A DNA stretch of 64,000 bases from a virus. The translations under genes and the position numbers were made by a program. Shown here piece by piece: positions 25,809-35,522 of this stretch; positions within the stretch are counted from its first letter, which is position 1, and every line of letters begins with the position of its first letter. Below the pieces are notes generated by a model. The model ran no database searches. It saw only the letters and a list, made by a program, of their open reading frames with translations, and had not been told where the DNA came from. The stretch lies in the IMG/VR virus record IMGVR_UViG_3300024581_002488, positions 3,064-67,063 of that record; one strand, written 5' to 3'.

Positions 25809-28800
25809 ATGGCACGAATTGTCCTTCCAGTTGCAGGTGCGATAATCTCAACCTATCTCGGCGCAGGCCCAGCGGTAGGTTGGGCTGCAGGTTCTGCAAT
25901 CGCAGGCGTATTCTTCCCGCCTGACTTAGGTAATGTAGTTAGTGAGGGAGCTCGTCTAAACGACCTTAAAATTACCAACGCTGACTATGGCGCCATCATG
26001 CCCAAGTCCTACGGCACTGTAGGCGGCATCGGTGGCACTGTTATCTGGGCCGAAGAAATCGAAGAAGAGAAGATTACCAACTCTCAAGAAGTCGGTGGCA
26101 AAGGCGGCGGAGGTGGCACGGTCACATCTATTGAATATAAATACTATGGCACATTTGCAGTTGCCTTCGGTGAAGGTGAAGCGGTAGAAGTTCTACGTAT
26201 CTGGGCCGATAGTAAAATCATCTATGATGCACGAGAAGACGCAGACAGTGGCGGCACCATCTTTGATAGTGGCTTTACTGGCTTCACATTCTACCCTGGC
26301 TCTGAGACCCAGGAAGTAGACCCTCTAATTGCAGCAGACCAAGGTGATTTAGCCAACGCAAACCGTGGAGTCTGCTATATTGTGTTTGACCGCTTACCTC
26401 TACAGAATTTTGGTAACCGTTTACCTAATATTACAGCTGAAATCAAGTTTGAAGGCTCAGCAAGCGTCTTAACGGACGTGCCTCTTAATTCTACTGGCTT
26501 AACAGGCGCTCCGTCTACGCATGATACGGCTGCAGTAGATTGGGACAGTGGAGCAATTTATGCTTTATCTGCTGACTACTCTCCAGCTCGTTGGGAAAGT
26601 CCAACTGCTGCTCCTTACACCTCTACTATCACATTGCAAGACTCACTGCGTGCTTGGTTAGATACTACTGTAAACTTTGGTGCCGAGCTGCCTATTATAT
26701 CTAAGATTAACAAGATTGGCTATGTGATGATGAATTCAGTGTCAGGATTTAACGGTATTGTAGCTGTAAACCCATCGACTCTTGCAGTTGTAGCCAACTG
26801 GTCAACTTCGACTCCACCAGTAGCACAAATGACAAGTGTAGTAGTTCCAACCGGCACACCAGGCGTAGATGTTGAGTATGTAATCCTATCAGGCACAGCA
26901 TCTACCTTGCCTAATAACCGTCAGTCATTCTATATTCTACAAGTTACAGGTACAGAGAACATTTTCAGTAGCCCATATGGTGAAATGAGAATTTCTTATT
27001 CAAACGATGGCTCATTTGAAACAGACTTTGGCGCCGCTACTCAACCAGGCGGCGGTTTAGATGCAGGCGGCTACCTATCTTGGGCTGTTAGACCTTTAAC
27101 TAATGATGTACAGTCTTTTGAAGTTATTTGGGTATCAGGTTGGGAAGGCACAGGCCTTGCAGGTGTAGGTGGAGATGAGTCTACTGACTGGAAGATTATC
27201 GGTGTTGAAGCTCAAGCGGTAGGGGTTCTAACAGATAACCCTCTAGGGCCATTCTTAACTAAAACCCGTGAGTTCTACTATAACTTAGGCGAACTGCGTG
27301 GTTTATTCCCAGACCTAGACTGGCCTGCAACTGAAGTCGGCGTCCACTTCCAACGAGCTTGTGCATTTGATAAGTCAGACTATAACACCTTTGTCATTCA
27401 GCTATCTGTTGAAGAGCTAATTGATGACACCAATATCCGCTATTTCTACTTCGGTTATGATATGACAACTGAGTCTTGGATTTGGGCTAAGCCAGAAGCT
27501 GACTTCTCACTAGGTACAGAATGGAAAGTAAAAACTCTTGCTACAGGACATAACCAGCATACTTTATTGAACAGTAATACTTACGGAAGTTCGTTCCGCT
27601 TTGAAAACAACTTAATCTCTGAGTTTGATATGGCGACAGGTGAACTAGTTCAAACGTGGCCTGCTGTTCTTGATGACCCCGAGCATGCAACCTATGACGT
27701 TCAAGCTCGTGGAGCAGTATTTGAGAAGCTAGCTCGTGACGAGCCAAGCATCTTAGACTTTAATAGCGGAACACGTGAAGCGGTACCCGTTCAAGACATC
27801 CTTGATGACCTTGCTACTCGTGCAGGTTTTGAAACTAACCCTTACCTTGAAACTACTCCTGCTGTATCACAAGGCTACTTTATCGGTCAAGGTGAAGCAG
27901 TTCGACAGTCAATTGAACGCTTAGGGCTAGCGTACAAGTTCAACGTTATTGAATCTGACTTTGGTCTGAAGGTTAAAAACCTAGCATCTCCTCCAACTGC
28001 GGTAGACATCAACGAAACTGACCTAGTGCTTAAAGACGAGAAGATGCTTGAAGAAAGTCGTATAAGTGAAACCTCTATGCCTACAGCATACAGTTTAACC
28101 TTCGTCGACCAAGACTTCGACTATCAACCTTCTACTGTTACAGCCAAAGTTTACAACTCAGGCGAGAAGGTAACAGAATCGAATAACGTAGCAGCTACTA
28201 ACTTAAACATCGTTATGAATAAGGATGAAGCTAAGGGCCTATGTGAATCTATCCTTGAGACGACTTGGCAAGAGCGCTGGGGCGTTGAGTATGGACTATC
28301 GCAGAAATACCTACAGCTTGAGCCGTCTGATATTGTAGACTTGACTGCATCATCAGCCTTATTTAATAACCGTATCGCTTCATTTGACCTCGGCACAAAC
28401 TTTCAAATCGAGGTTCAAGGTGTGAACTCGGACAGCTCTACATACTCTGCAGACTCTACTACTGATGGTAACTTAGGCTTCCGTCCACCAACACTTCCAT
28501 CGGCAAATGACGGCTTCCATTTCATTATTGATACGCCTCTATTACGAGATGGAGATAACATTGGTTCTACGTCGGACCAAATTTACCACTCCGCCGGTCC
28601 ATTTGGCATTAGTCAATGGCAAGGTATGCTATTCCAGAAATCACTTTCGGGTTCTGCATACGGTACATTAGGCCAATTTACTGTGCCTGCAGTTTGGGGT
28701 TCAGTTCGAACTACTATGTCTGATACTGACATGCCTTTTACTCCTGATGAAGAGACAGTATTAACTCTATCAGTTGTGAGTGGCTCGCTTCAATCTATTA

Positions 28801-29480
28801 CAGACGACGAACTTTACACTGACTTCTTGAATGCGATTGCAGTCTATAAGTCGAATGGCGATATTGAGGTTATTCAGTTCCGAGATGTAGTAGACCTAGG
28901 TAACAACGAGTATGAGGTATCTTTCATCCTTCGTGGCCGACGTGGTACGGACTATGCAACTGGTAATAATATCGCGGGTGCAACCTTTGTACTTCTTCAA
29001 CTTGACGGCAGTGTGCAAGCATTTGCTCAACCAGTCGAAGAAATTAACACCACTACTTACTATCGTGTAATCCCATTTGGTCAAACTGTGCTAGAGGCTA
29101 GAACGCAGACATTCATCAGCGAAGGTAATAGTTTAAAACCTTATGCGCCAGTAAACCAAACTGCAACCACTGATGCAACAGATATTACCTTCACCTGGGA
29201 TAGACGCACTCGCGTAAACGGTGGCTTACAAAACGGCACAGGTGAAGTACCATTAATCGAAGCATCTGAAGCCTACGAGCTTGACATCTATGATACGCCA
29301 GGTGGCTCAGTCATTAGGACTCTGACTTCAACCTCAGAAACTGTTGACTACTTAAATGCTGACATTATCACGGACTTCGGCGTTGGCCCAACTGAAATCA
29401 CTATCGCAGTGTATCAGATGAGCGAGGCCGTTGGGCGAGGCTTTACAACTATTAAGACTATCGAGGTTACAAATGTCTAA
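25809..29480 (+). CDS. tail tip / host-specificity protein (RcGTA g15-like)
   Basis: YGAIMPKSYG...VLRIWADSKIIYD...FGNRLPNITAEI; C-terminal RGRRGT, TFTWDRRTR. Confidence 0.9.
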   Translation: MARIVLPVAGAIISTYLGAGPAVGWAAGSAIAGVFFPPDLGNVVSEGARLNDLKITNADYGAIMPKSYGTVGGIGGTVIWAEEIEEEKITNSQEVGGKGGGGGTVTSIEYKYYGTFAVAFGEGEAVEVLRIWADSKIIYDAREDADSGGTIFDSGFTGFTFYPGSETQEVDPLIAADQGDLANANRGVCYIVFDRLPLQNFGNRLPNITAEIKFEGSASVLTDVPLNSTGLTGAPSTHDTAAVDWDSGAIYALSADYSPARWESPTAAPYTSTITLQDSLRAWLDTTVNFGAELPIISKINKIGYVMMNSVSGFNGIVAVNPSTLAVVANWSTSTPPVAQMTSVVVPTGTPGVDVEYVILSGTASTLPNNRQSFYILQVTGTENIFSSPYGEMRISYSNDGSFETDFGAATQPGGGLDAGGYLSWAVRPLTNDVQSFEVIWVSGWEGTGLAGVGGDESTDWKIIGVEAQAVGVLTDNPLGPFLTKTREFYYNLGELRGLFPDLDWPATEVGVHFQRACAFDKSDYNTFVIQLSVEELIDDTNIRYFYFGYDMTTESWIWAKPEADFSLGTEWKVKTLATGHNQHTLLNSNTYGSSFRFENNLISEFDMATGELVQTWPAVLDDPEHATYDVQARGAVFEKLARDEPSILDFNSGTREAVPVQDILDDLATRAGFETNPYLETTPAVSQGYFIGQGEAVRQSIERLGLAYKFNVIESDFGLKVKNLASPPTAVDINETDLVLKDEKMLEESRISETSMPTAYSLTFVDQDFDYQPSTVTAKVYNSGEKVTESNNVAATNLNIVMNKDEAKGLCESILETTWQERWGVEYGLSQKYLQLEPSDIVDLTASSALFNNRIASFDLGTNFQIEVQGVNSDSSTYSADSTTDGNLGFRPPTLPSANDGFHFIIDTPLLRDGDNIGSTSDQIYHSAGPFGISQWQGMLFQKSLSGSAYGTLGQFTVPAVWGSVRTTMSDTDMPFTPDEETVLTLSVVSGSLQSITDDELYTDFLNAIAVYKSNGDIEVIQFRDVVDLGNNEYEVSFILRGRRGTDYATGNNIAGATFVLLQLDGSVQAFAQPVEEINTTTYYRVIPFGQTVLEARTQTFISEGNSLKPYAPVNQTATTDATDITFTWDRRTRVNGGLQNGTGEVPLIEASEAYELDIYDTPGGSVIRTLTSTSETVDYLNADIITDFGVGPTEITIAVYQMSEAVGRGFTTIKTIEVTNV

Positions 29481-30189
29481 CAACATTCTATGGAATGAAG
29501 TAGCGGCTGCACAGAACCAGAAGGAAGCAGTAATTAACCAGCAAGCGAGTTATATCGATGCTGCCCTAACAGAGCAAGCCACTCTGTTAGGGACTGGGCC
29601 CTTCACTCTGACAGACACAGAGCTTCAAAGGCTTGTCAATATTAAAGTAGATGCCGCGGCGACGTCCGTGGCTTTAACTATTACAGGCCATAAGAAACTA
29701 TTTATCTTCGACAATAAAGCAGGTACAGTTGAAGCAACGGTTACAAAAGGAGCCACTACTATTGTAGTTCCAGTTGGAGTTGCTCTACCTTTTTATAGTG
29801 GCGATGGAGTCAATGACCTATTCAAATTGACAGGCTTTGATACCGACCCGGTAAGTATCACCGTTAGTGCTTTTAAAGCACAAGGTCCGAGCGCCGGAGA
29901 AACTTTGCTTTTATGGGTATTCAACCGCGATGTCACGTTCCCAGTTGGTCTAACTGACTCTCAAGCTTATGCTGGACTAACTCCTACTACTCCAGTTTCT
30001 GTTGACATTCAAAAGAACGGAGGTAGTATTGGTTCAGCGGACTGGGTCGCAAGTGCGAACGTTGGCACTTTTACCTTCGCCACTGAGACGAGCTTCACTT
30101 CTGGAGACGTGCTTGCTCTTATCGCACCAAATCCAGCAGATGCAACTTTTGGTGATATTTCAATCTCATTAGTAGGAACAACATCATGA
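29473..30189 (+). CDS. tail fibre adaptor (DUF2793-like N-terminus)
   Basis: LWNEVAAAQNQKEAVINQ...IDA; paralog of the N-terminus of 31444. Confidence 0.75.
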   Translation: MSNNILWNEVAAAQNQKEAVINQQASYIDAALTEQATLLGTGPFTLTDTELQRLVNIKVDAAATSVALTITGHKKLFIFDNKAGTVEATVTKGATTIVVPVGVALPFYSGDGVNDLFKLTGFDTDPVSITVSAFKAQGPSAGETLLLWVFNRDVTFPVGLTDSQAYAGLTPTTPVSVDIQKNGGSIGSADWVASANVGTFTFATETSFTSGDVLALIAPNPADATFGDISISLVGTTS

Positions 30190-31247
30190 GCCTTTTAGGA
30201 ATCTTTGACCAATGTAATGCTAGACCATGGGATGGCACTAACTCGCCGACAGATACCCGTAATAGTGTGCAAACAAGTGGTACGTATATTGACACCACTT
30301 TCACAACTTCTGCTTTAAGCCTTACAGCTTATAATACTTATCCAACTGAGCATCTTTATAGTGACCTGACACCTGCTGCTTATGATGCCTCATCTACTGT
30401 ATATTGGCTACACTTTGTAACTACTATGCGAGCAGCTCGTCCGTTCCCAGACTCTATCGGCCTATACGACGGCTCAGGCGTACCAATTTGGATTCTACGA
30501 ACTAATACCACTACTTCCCGCGGTCGTATTTACTTTGAAACCTTTAATGATGCTGGTGCACTTGTGACTTCGACACTAATCCGCGATGAGTCATCTGGCT
30601 CATACATTCAGGATAACTACGATATTAGCATTGACCCTGATAATGATGAAGTGAAGGTATATCTTGACGGAGCAATTGATGGTACCTATTCATTTGATGT
30701 CTCAACTCACCGTACAGCAGCAACTAACATTGAAAGACTTGTACTTTTGTCTCGTGCTACAAGTTCAGGCACTAGTGTAACTTCTCAATGTTTCTCTCAA
30801 GTGCTTTTCGCAGACGAAGAGACTATTGGCTGGCGTGTTGCGCAGCTTCAGCCTAATGCAGCTGGCTCAAATGCAGATGAAGGTGGAGTTTATACCAATA
30901 TCGATGAAAATGGTTTTGACACTGCAACTTTTAACACTCTCACTGCCGCAGGTTTAGAAACCTTTGAATATTCAGATATGCCAGACCTAACAGCTCTCAG
31001 TTTGGAAGTAGTTGAAGTAGTCATTGGCACGGCAGTTGAAGCCGATGTTGGTGCAACAGCTCCAAATGTCACAAACCAGATGTACGCTAGTTCGACTGCG
31101 TACGATTTAGGTTCGGCCGTCGATGCTACCGGGTTAGACTATGCGGACCCTGTAGTGACACGATTAGCTACAAATCCGGCAACTGCTACGGATTGGACTG
31201 AGTCTGACCTGAATAATGCTGAGTTTGGCTATAAAACCACAGTATAA
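30186..31247 (+). CDS. putative virion structural protein
   Basis: Thr/Ser-rich beta content; ends NPATATDWTESDLNNAEFGYK; in tail module. Confidence 0.7.
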   Translation: MSLLGIFDQCNARPWDGTNSPTDTRNSVQTSGTYIDTTFTTSALSLTAYNTYPTEHLYSDLTPAAYDASSTVYWLHFVTTMRAARPFPDSIGLYDGSGVPIWILRTNTTTSRGRIYFETFNDAGALVTSTLIRDESSGSYIQDNYDISIDPDNDEVKVYLDGAIDGTYSFDVSTHRTAATNIERLVLLSRATSSGTSVTSQCFSQVLFADEETIGWRVAQLQPNAAGSNADEGGVYTNIDENGFDTATFNTLTAAGLETFEYSDMPDLTALSLEVVEVVIGTAVEADVGATAPNVTNQMYASSTAYDLGSAVDATGLDYADPVVTRLATNPATATDWTESDLNNAEFGYKTTV

Positions 31248-31259
31248 GGAAGGTGATGC

Positions 31260-31433
31260 ATGGCTGATACCTACGTTGTACGGCAGTCTGTCGCTGTCGT
31301 ACTTAAACCGCTCCCAGCTACTACGGTTGTTCGCCAATCAGTGGCAGTGGTACTTAAACCCGTTACAGTTCCATTAGGTCCAGCGCCTAGAATTGCAACG
31401 GCGACTTACTTAGATAATAAACCAGCAAGTTAA
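31260..31433 (+). CDS. 57-aa peptide with duplicated VVRQSVAVVLKP
   Basis: Manual translation; AAGGAAGG RBS; fills the gap between tail genes. Confidence 0.75.
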   Translation: MADTYVVRQSVAVVLKPLPATTVVRQSVAVVLKPVTVPLGPAPRIATATYLDNKPAS

Positions 31434-31443
31434 GGAGAAACTC

Positions 31444-33750
31444 ATGCCAGGTAATCTCAACTGGTCAGACATCCCTACTGCTACTACTGGATTAGAGCAA
31501 AAGTCCGATTTGATTAATGCTCAACGTGGTATCTTGGATGCAGCTACTACTGAACAGCTGGATATTGCAACAGATGTGTCTGATGTTCTAACAACGGATG
31601 AATTCGGCGATAATATGGCGTTTATCATTCCTAACGCTAATACCGGAGCAGTGAGTTTAACTGTTCCAGCTAGCTACCCTCGAATCTTTGCCGTTGTAAA
31701 TGAAAGTGCTTTTGAAGTTACAGTCATTAAAGGCTTAACTAGCCTTGTTATCGAGGCCTCTAATTCTGAGCTGTTCTATGCGGATGACACTGCTGACGGT
31801 CTTGTAAGGGCCACCCCTACTGAAGAGGATATAGTCCGTAGCATCATGGTGAATGTGTATGCTGAAGGTTCATATAGCGCAGGCGAAGTAGTAGGGCTCT
31901 ATTCGTTTATTGATTCGGGTAACATCCCGACTGGATTTACTAACTCTATCTTTAAACTTGACACCGCGACAACAGGCGCTGTGTCATTCGATGTGCAAAA
32001 GAACGGCGTTAGTATCGGTACTATCGACTTTGCAGCTGCGGCGACGTCTGCGACCTTTACAGGCGGTAATGCTGACTTCTTAGAAGGTGACGTACTTGCG
32101 ATTGTTGCGCCTAATCCGGCTGATGGCACTGCAGCAGGATTGCACGGCGTATTAGAAATCACTGTGAACTTCAGTCCTCCTGTAGTAGCAACTCAATTCG
32201 GCTTCCAAGTATATGTTGACCCTGTGAATGTTGACGACCTAATTGCAGATTTCCCTCTTGTTATCACAGAGCGTGATATGCCTGCAGAGTTTTGGACTAA
32301 TGGAGATGAGACTACTATTCAAGCATATGACGAGACTGGTCAGACTGCCTTTGACACTGAGGTAGCATGGTTCGACAGTGTAAATGAACGTTGTCGTATC
32401 CATGTTAAAGTTCCAGGTATCTCACAACTTGCTGGTGCAGTAGTTAATGTCTTCTGGGATGTTACCCCTACTGCTGCTGCTGCAGTCTTCACTATGTACG
32501 ACATCGTTGTGCCTCTTAAAGTATTAACAGAAGGCGATGTGGATAACTATGGCTCTGAATCAATTACTTTAATCTTTGATGAAGGCACAGGTGGACCGCT
32601 TAACTATACAAATGACGGTTTAGTATTTACAGGCACCGACGACCAAACTATTAAAGCCAATATGACTGCTAAAAATGACTACTATGCTGTAGTACGAGGC
32701 AGACAGGATGACGCAACCCAGAAGACCATGATGTCTATTCATGTTAGTAGCGCAAACCGTGCCAATATCACAATTGATAACGGTAATGAAGCTTCAGCAT
32801 GGGATAGTACTAATGGTTGGTTTGATACTAGCCCTATTCAAGACCCTGGTACTAGTGACTTTTTTGTCATCGGCTATAAAGTAGAAGATGCAGTTGAGCG
32901 TAATATTTGGTTTAATGGTGGGTTTAAAGGCACAGATAATACCATCTCAGCTACGACTGACCGTACAGCCTTCCGAATTGGTATTGCAGCTAACGATGCA
33001 GAAGATTGGAACGGCCCAATCTCAGAAGCTCGTTTAGCAGGTGATATTACCCCCTTTACGGATGAGTTCGTTAAGCTTGAACATGCGAACTTGAACAATA
33101 TAGATGAATATTCGGTGACTGCAATCGAAGTAGATAATGAGAAAGAAGTACCGATTAACCAGACTAACGTCTCTTTCTATTTAAGTACAGTCGGCGAGGC
33201 TCCAGGCAGTCAAGTCTTCCATGATGAGTCCGCAAATGATTTTGCTATTACTACAACTGGTAATACCAACGTGCAAGCTGATGGGTCTATTTACTTTGAT
33301 GGCAATGGAGACTGGCTAACTGTCCCGCATGACTCCCAGATTAGTGTAGCTAACTCAAATGATATGCTATTTGAAGTTGAGTTTAACTGGGATGGCACAG
33401 GTGATACCACTCAATGTTTCTTCAATAAGCGGGATGGTGGTTCAGCTGAAGAATTCCGTATGACTCTTAATGGAGGCAAAATTGAGTTTATCACCTTTAT
33501 CTCTGGCTCGGCGGATGTTAACTTGATAGACTCTAGTTCTGTTTCAGCAGGCACGTGGTATAATTTCAAAGCTGAGCGAATCAGCGGCACTTGGACAATC
33601 TACCTTGATGATGTTGAAATTGCAAGCGCTACTGAAGCAGGTACTCCTAGCGCAAACGGAGCAGACCTCCAAATCGGTCGAAGCCGCTTTAACAGTGCGC
33701 GTGAGTTCAAAGGCTATATTCGCAAAGCTAAGATTGTTCAAATCCCTTAA
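31444..33750 (+). CDS. receptor-binding / tail fibre protein (DUF2341 + ConA/LamG-like domains)
   Basis: DFPLVIT...IHVKVP (DUF2341-like); SIYFDGNGDWLTVP...WYNFKAER..GTWTIYLD (LamG-like). Confidence 0.82.
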   Translation: MPGNLNWSDIPTATTGLEQKSDLINAQRGILDAATTEQLDIATDVSDVLTTDEFGDNMAFIIPNANTGAVSLTVPASYPRIFAVVNESAFEVTVIKGLTSLVIEASNSELFYADDTADGLVRATPTEEDIVRSIMVNVYAEGSYSAGEVVGLYSFIDSGNIPTGFTNSIFKLDTATTGAVSFDVQKNGVSIGTIDFAAAATSATFTGGNADFLEGDVLAIVAPNPADGTAAGLHGVLEITVNFSPPVVATQFGFQVYVDPVNVDDLIADFPLVITERDMPAEFWTNGDETTIQAYDETGQTAFDTEVAWFDSVNERCRIHVKVPGISQLAGAVVNVFWDVTPTAAAAVFTMYDIVVPLKVLTEGDVDNYGSESITLIFDEGTGGPLNYTNDGLVFTGTDDQTIKANMTAKNDYYAVVRGRQDDATQKTMMSIHVSSANRANITIDNGNEASAWDSTNGWFDTSPIQDPGTSDFFVIGYKVEDAVERNIWFNGGFKGTDNTISATTDRTAFRIGIAANDAEDWNGPISEARLAGDITPFTDEFVKLEHANLNNIDEYSVTAIEVDNEKEVPINQTNVSFYLSTVGEAPGSQVFHDESANDFAITTTGNTNVQADGSIYFDGNGDWLTVPHDSQISVANSNDMLFEVEFNWDGTGDTTQCFFNKRDGGSAEEFRMTLNGGKIEFITFISGSADVNLIDSSSVSAGTWYNFKAERISGTWTIYLDDVEIASATEAGTPSANGADLQIGRSRFNSAREFKGYIRKAKIVQIP

Positions 33751-33759
33751 GGAGAGAGT

Positions 33760-34242
33760 ATGATTTTTCCAGCATGGATACATGTAGCGGCTATCACAGC
33801 CGCTTTCATCACAATAGCGCAAGCTGAACCGCAAGAGTTCACAGCTGAAGACGAGCAGTGTATGATAGACAACATCTTTTATGAGGCCGTAAGTGAGCCT
33901 CTACTCGGCCAAATACTAGTGGCTGAGGTTGTCAAAAACCGCACCAATGACGAACGCTGGGGGGATACAATCTGTGAAACAATCTACCAACCAGAGCAAT
34001 TCTCCTGGACGCTCATCCCAGTGTACAAACTGTGGGCATTCAAGCAAGAAAACATTGAAGACTATACCGCTATTGCCACTGCTATGGCAAATAGTGATAT
34101 TTTTATGTCTGCTGATGCCCCGGCTGGCTTCGAAGGCGTTAATCATTATCTACGTTGTGACGCTAAAAGTCCAGAGCGCTGGGAAGACAAGATGGAGTTT
34201 CTTGGTCAAGTTGGTGCACACTGTTTCTATCGCGATAAATAA
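33760..34242 (+). CDS. endolysin, SleB / Hydrolase_2 family, with N-terminal signal sequence
   Basis: CMIDNIFYEAVSEP..GQILVAEVVKNR...YQPEQFSW...GAHCFY. Confidence 0.88.
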   Translation: MIFPAWIHVAAITAAFITIAQAEPQEFTAEDEQCMIDNIFYEAVSEPLLGQILVAEVVKNRTNDERWGDTICETIYQPEQFSWTLIPVYKLWAFKQENIEDYTAIATAMANSDIFMSADAPAGFEGVNHYLRCDAKSPERWEDKMEFLGQVGAHCFYRDK

Positions 34243-34301
34243 GCTTCGGTATGCAGCCTGTTTAGTGCGAGCCTTGAAACATAGTCGAGCAGGACAGAGA
34301 T

Positions 34302-34547
34302 ATGGAAAACGAGCAAATAGAGACTAAACCGACGCCTAGGCTAGATACATGGCCTAGGCGTCGTCGTATGATGCACCAAGTTTTAGTGTTTTGTATGGCG
34401 GTAATCACTTTCTGTTTATGGCAGGAACCCGCACATGGTGATACAGCTATCGAGTATAGCTTCATAGTGATTGGCATTACAGTCCTGGGTTACGTATTCG
34501 GCGCGATATTGGATGATAATGCTGTAACCCTGTTTAAGAGGAAATAA
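34302..34547 (+). CDS. holin (2 TM)
   Basis: WPRRRRMM followed by two TM helices; between endolysin and spanins. Confidence 0.7.
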   Translation: MENEQIETKPTPRLDTWPRRRRMMHQVLVFCMAVITFCLWQEPAHGDTAIEYSFIVIGITVLGYVFGAILDDNAVTLFKRK

Positions 34548-34549
34548 TT

Positions 34550-34960
34550 ATGCCTTTCATGCAATATTTTAAGTGGGGAGCAATTGTACTTTTCGTCGTT
34601 TTGGCGCTAAGTGCTTATTCTCGTTACAATTCAGTAGTTTCCGAACGCGACTTATTAGTACAGAATAACGCTGTACTTGAAGACGCTTTTGAGAGGGAGC
34701 AAGAAGCGACAAAAAAGCTCCAAGCCTTGCTGGACAAGGCATACGAAAAGTTTGATGAGTTTGAAGCCACTTTAAAAGACTTTAACGATAATCAACAAAC
34801 CGCTCGTAAGGAATTGGAGGCGTTGAATGGTAAATTTAGGAAACATGACCTGGAAGCACTTGCCAAAAAGAAGCCTGGACTTATTGAAGATAGGCTTAAT
34901 AATGGCACTCGTGACACTTTCAGGATGCTCGAAGAATCTACTGAACCTAGAACCGACTGA
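34550..34960 (+). CDS. i-spanin (Rz-like)
   Basis: N-terminal TM, coiled coil, KKPGLIEDRLNNGT motif. Confidence 0.85.
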   Translation: MPFMQYFKWGAIVLFVVLALSAYSRYNSVVSERDLLVQNNAVLEDAFEREQEATKKLQALLDKAYEKFDEFEATLKDFNDNQQTARKELEALNGKFRKHDLEALAKKKPGLIEDRLNNGTRDTFRMLEESTEPRTD

Positions 34961-35246
34961 AGTAGTAGTGAATGAGCCGACGGTTGTAGTTTTACCAGAC
35001 CCCCATCCAGTAAAGCTATACAATATTAACTGGGAAGTGATTATAGTCAAAGACCCTGACGGGACAGAGAAGGTATATTTTGCTTTGTCTCCGGGTGACT
35101 ACGAAAACCTCTCACTCAATATGGCGGAGATTCTTCGTTGGATTAGTGAAGCTCAATGGCAGCTTCGTTACTATCAAAACGAGGTAAATAACAATGGCAA
35201 TGAACGAGGAAGAGACCAAGCGAATCGTGGAGATGACAGTTCGTGA
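34845..35246 (+). CDS. o-spanin lipoprotein (Rz1-like)
   Basis: Lipobox LSGC after a signal peptide; overlaps the i-spanin; YENLSLNMAEILRWI motif. Confidence 0.82.
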   Translation: MTWKHLPKRSLDLLKIGLIMALVTLSGCSKNLLNLEPTEVVVNEPTVVVLPDPHPVKLYNINWEVIIVKDPDGTEKVYFALSPGDYENLSLNMAEILRWISEAQWQLRYYQNEVNNNGNERGRDQANRGDDSS

Positions 35247-35469
35247 AACAGTTCCCCACGTGGTCAAAGACACACTCACAAGTTACGGTATTGATGCATC
35301 CAACCCTATTGAGGTGCAGAAAGACCAACAGCATCTCCGCAAGTGGCGAACGCGACTTGATACCGCAGGCGGCCGATTCTTCTTAGTCGCAGTTTTAGCA
35401 GTTATGGGCTTCGGGTCTCAACTGTTAGGTTCAGGCGCTGTAGACTGGCTCAAAAGTCTAGTAGCATAA
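35194..35469 (+). CDS. membrane protein with C-terminal TM
   Basis: GAGGT RBS; GIDASNPIEVQKDQQHLRKWR followed by a hydrophobic helix. Confidence 0.75.
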   Translation: MAMNEEETKRIVEMTVRETVPHVVKDTLTSYGIDASNPIEVQKDQQHLRKWRTRLDTAGGRFFLVAVLAVMGFGSQLLGSGAVDWLKSLVA

Positions 35470-35522
35470 TTCCTCTAGGTAGCTTCGGCTACCTTCTCTC
35501 ATTTATGGATTGGAGAAATACC

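Noticed and set aside
25809-33750. Diversity-generating retroelement or invertible shufflon at the fibre genes
   Set aside because: No reverse transcriptase or invertase, and no TR/VR-like near-identical repeat pair seen.
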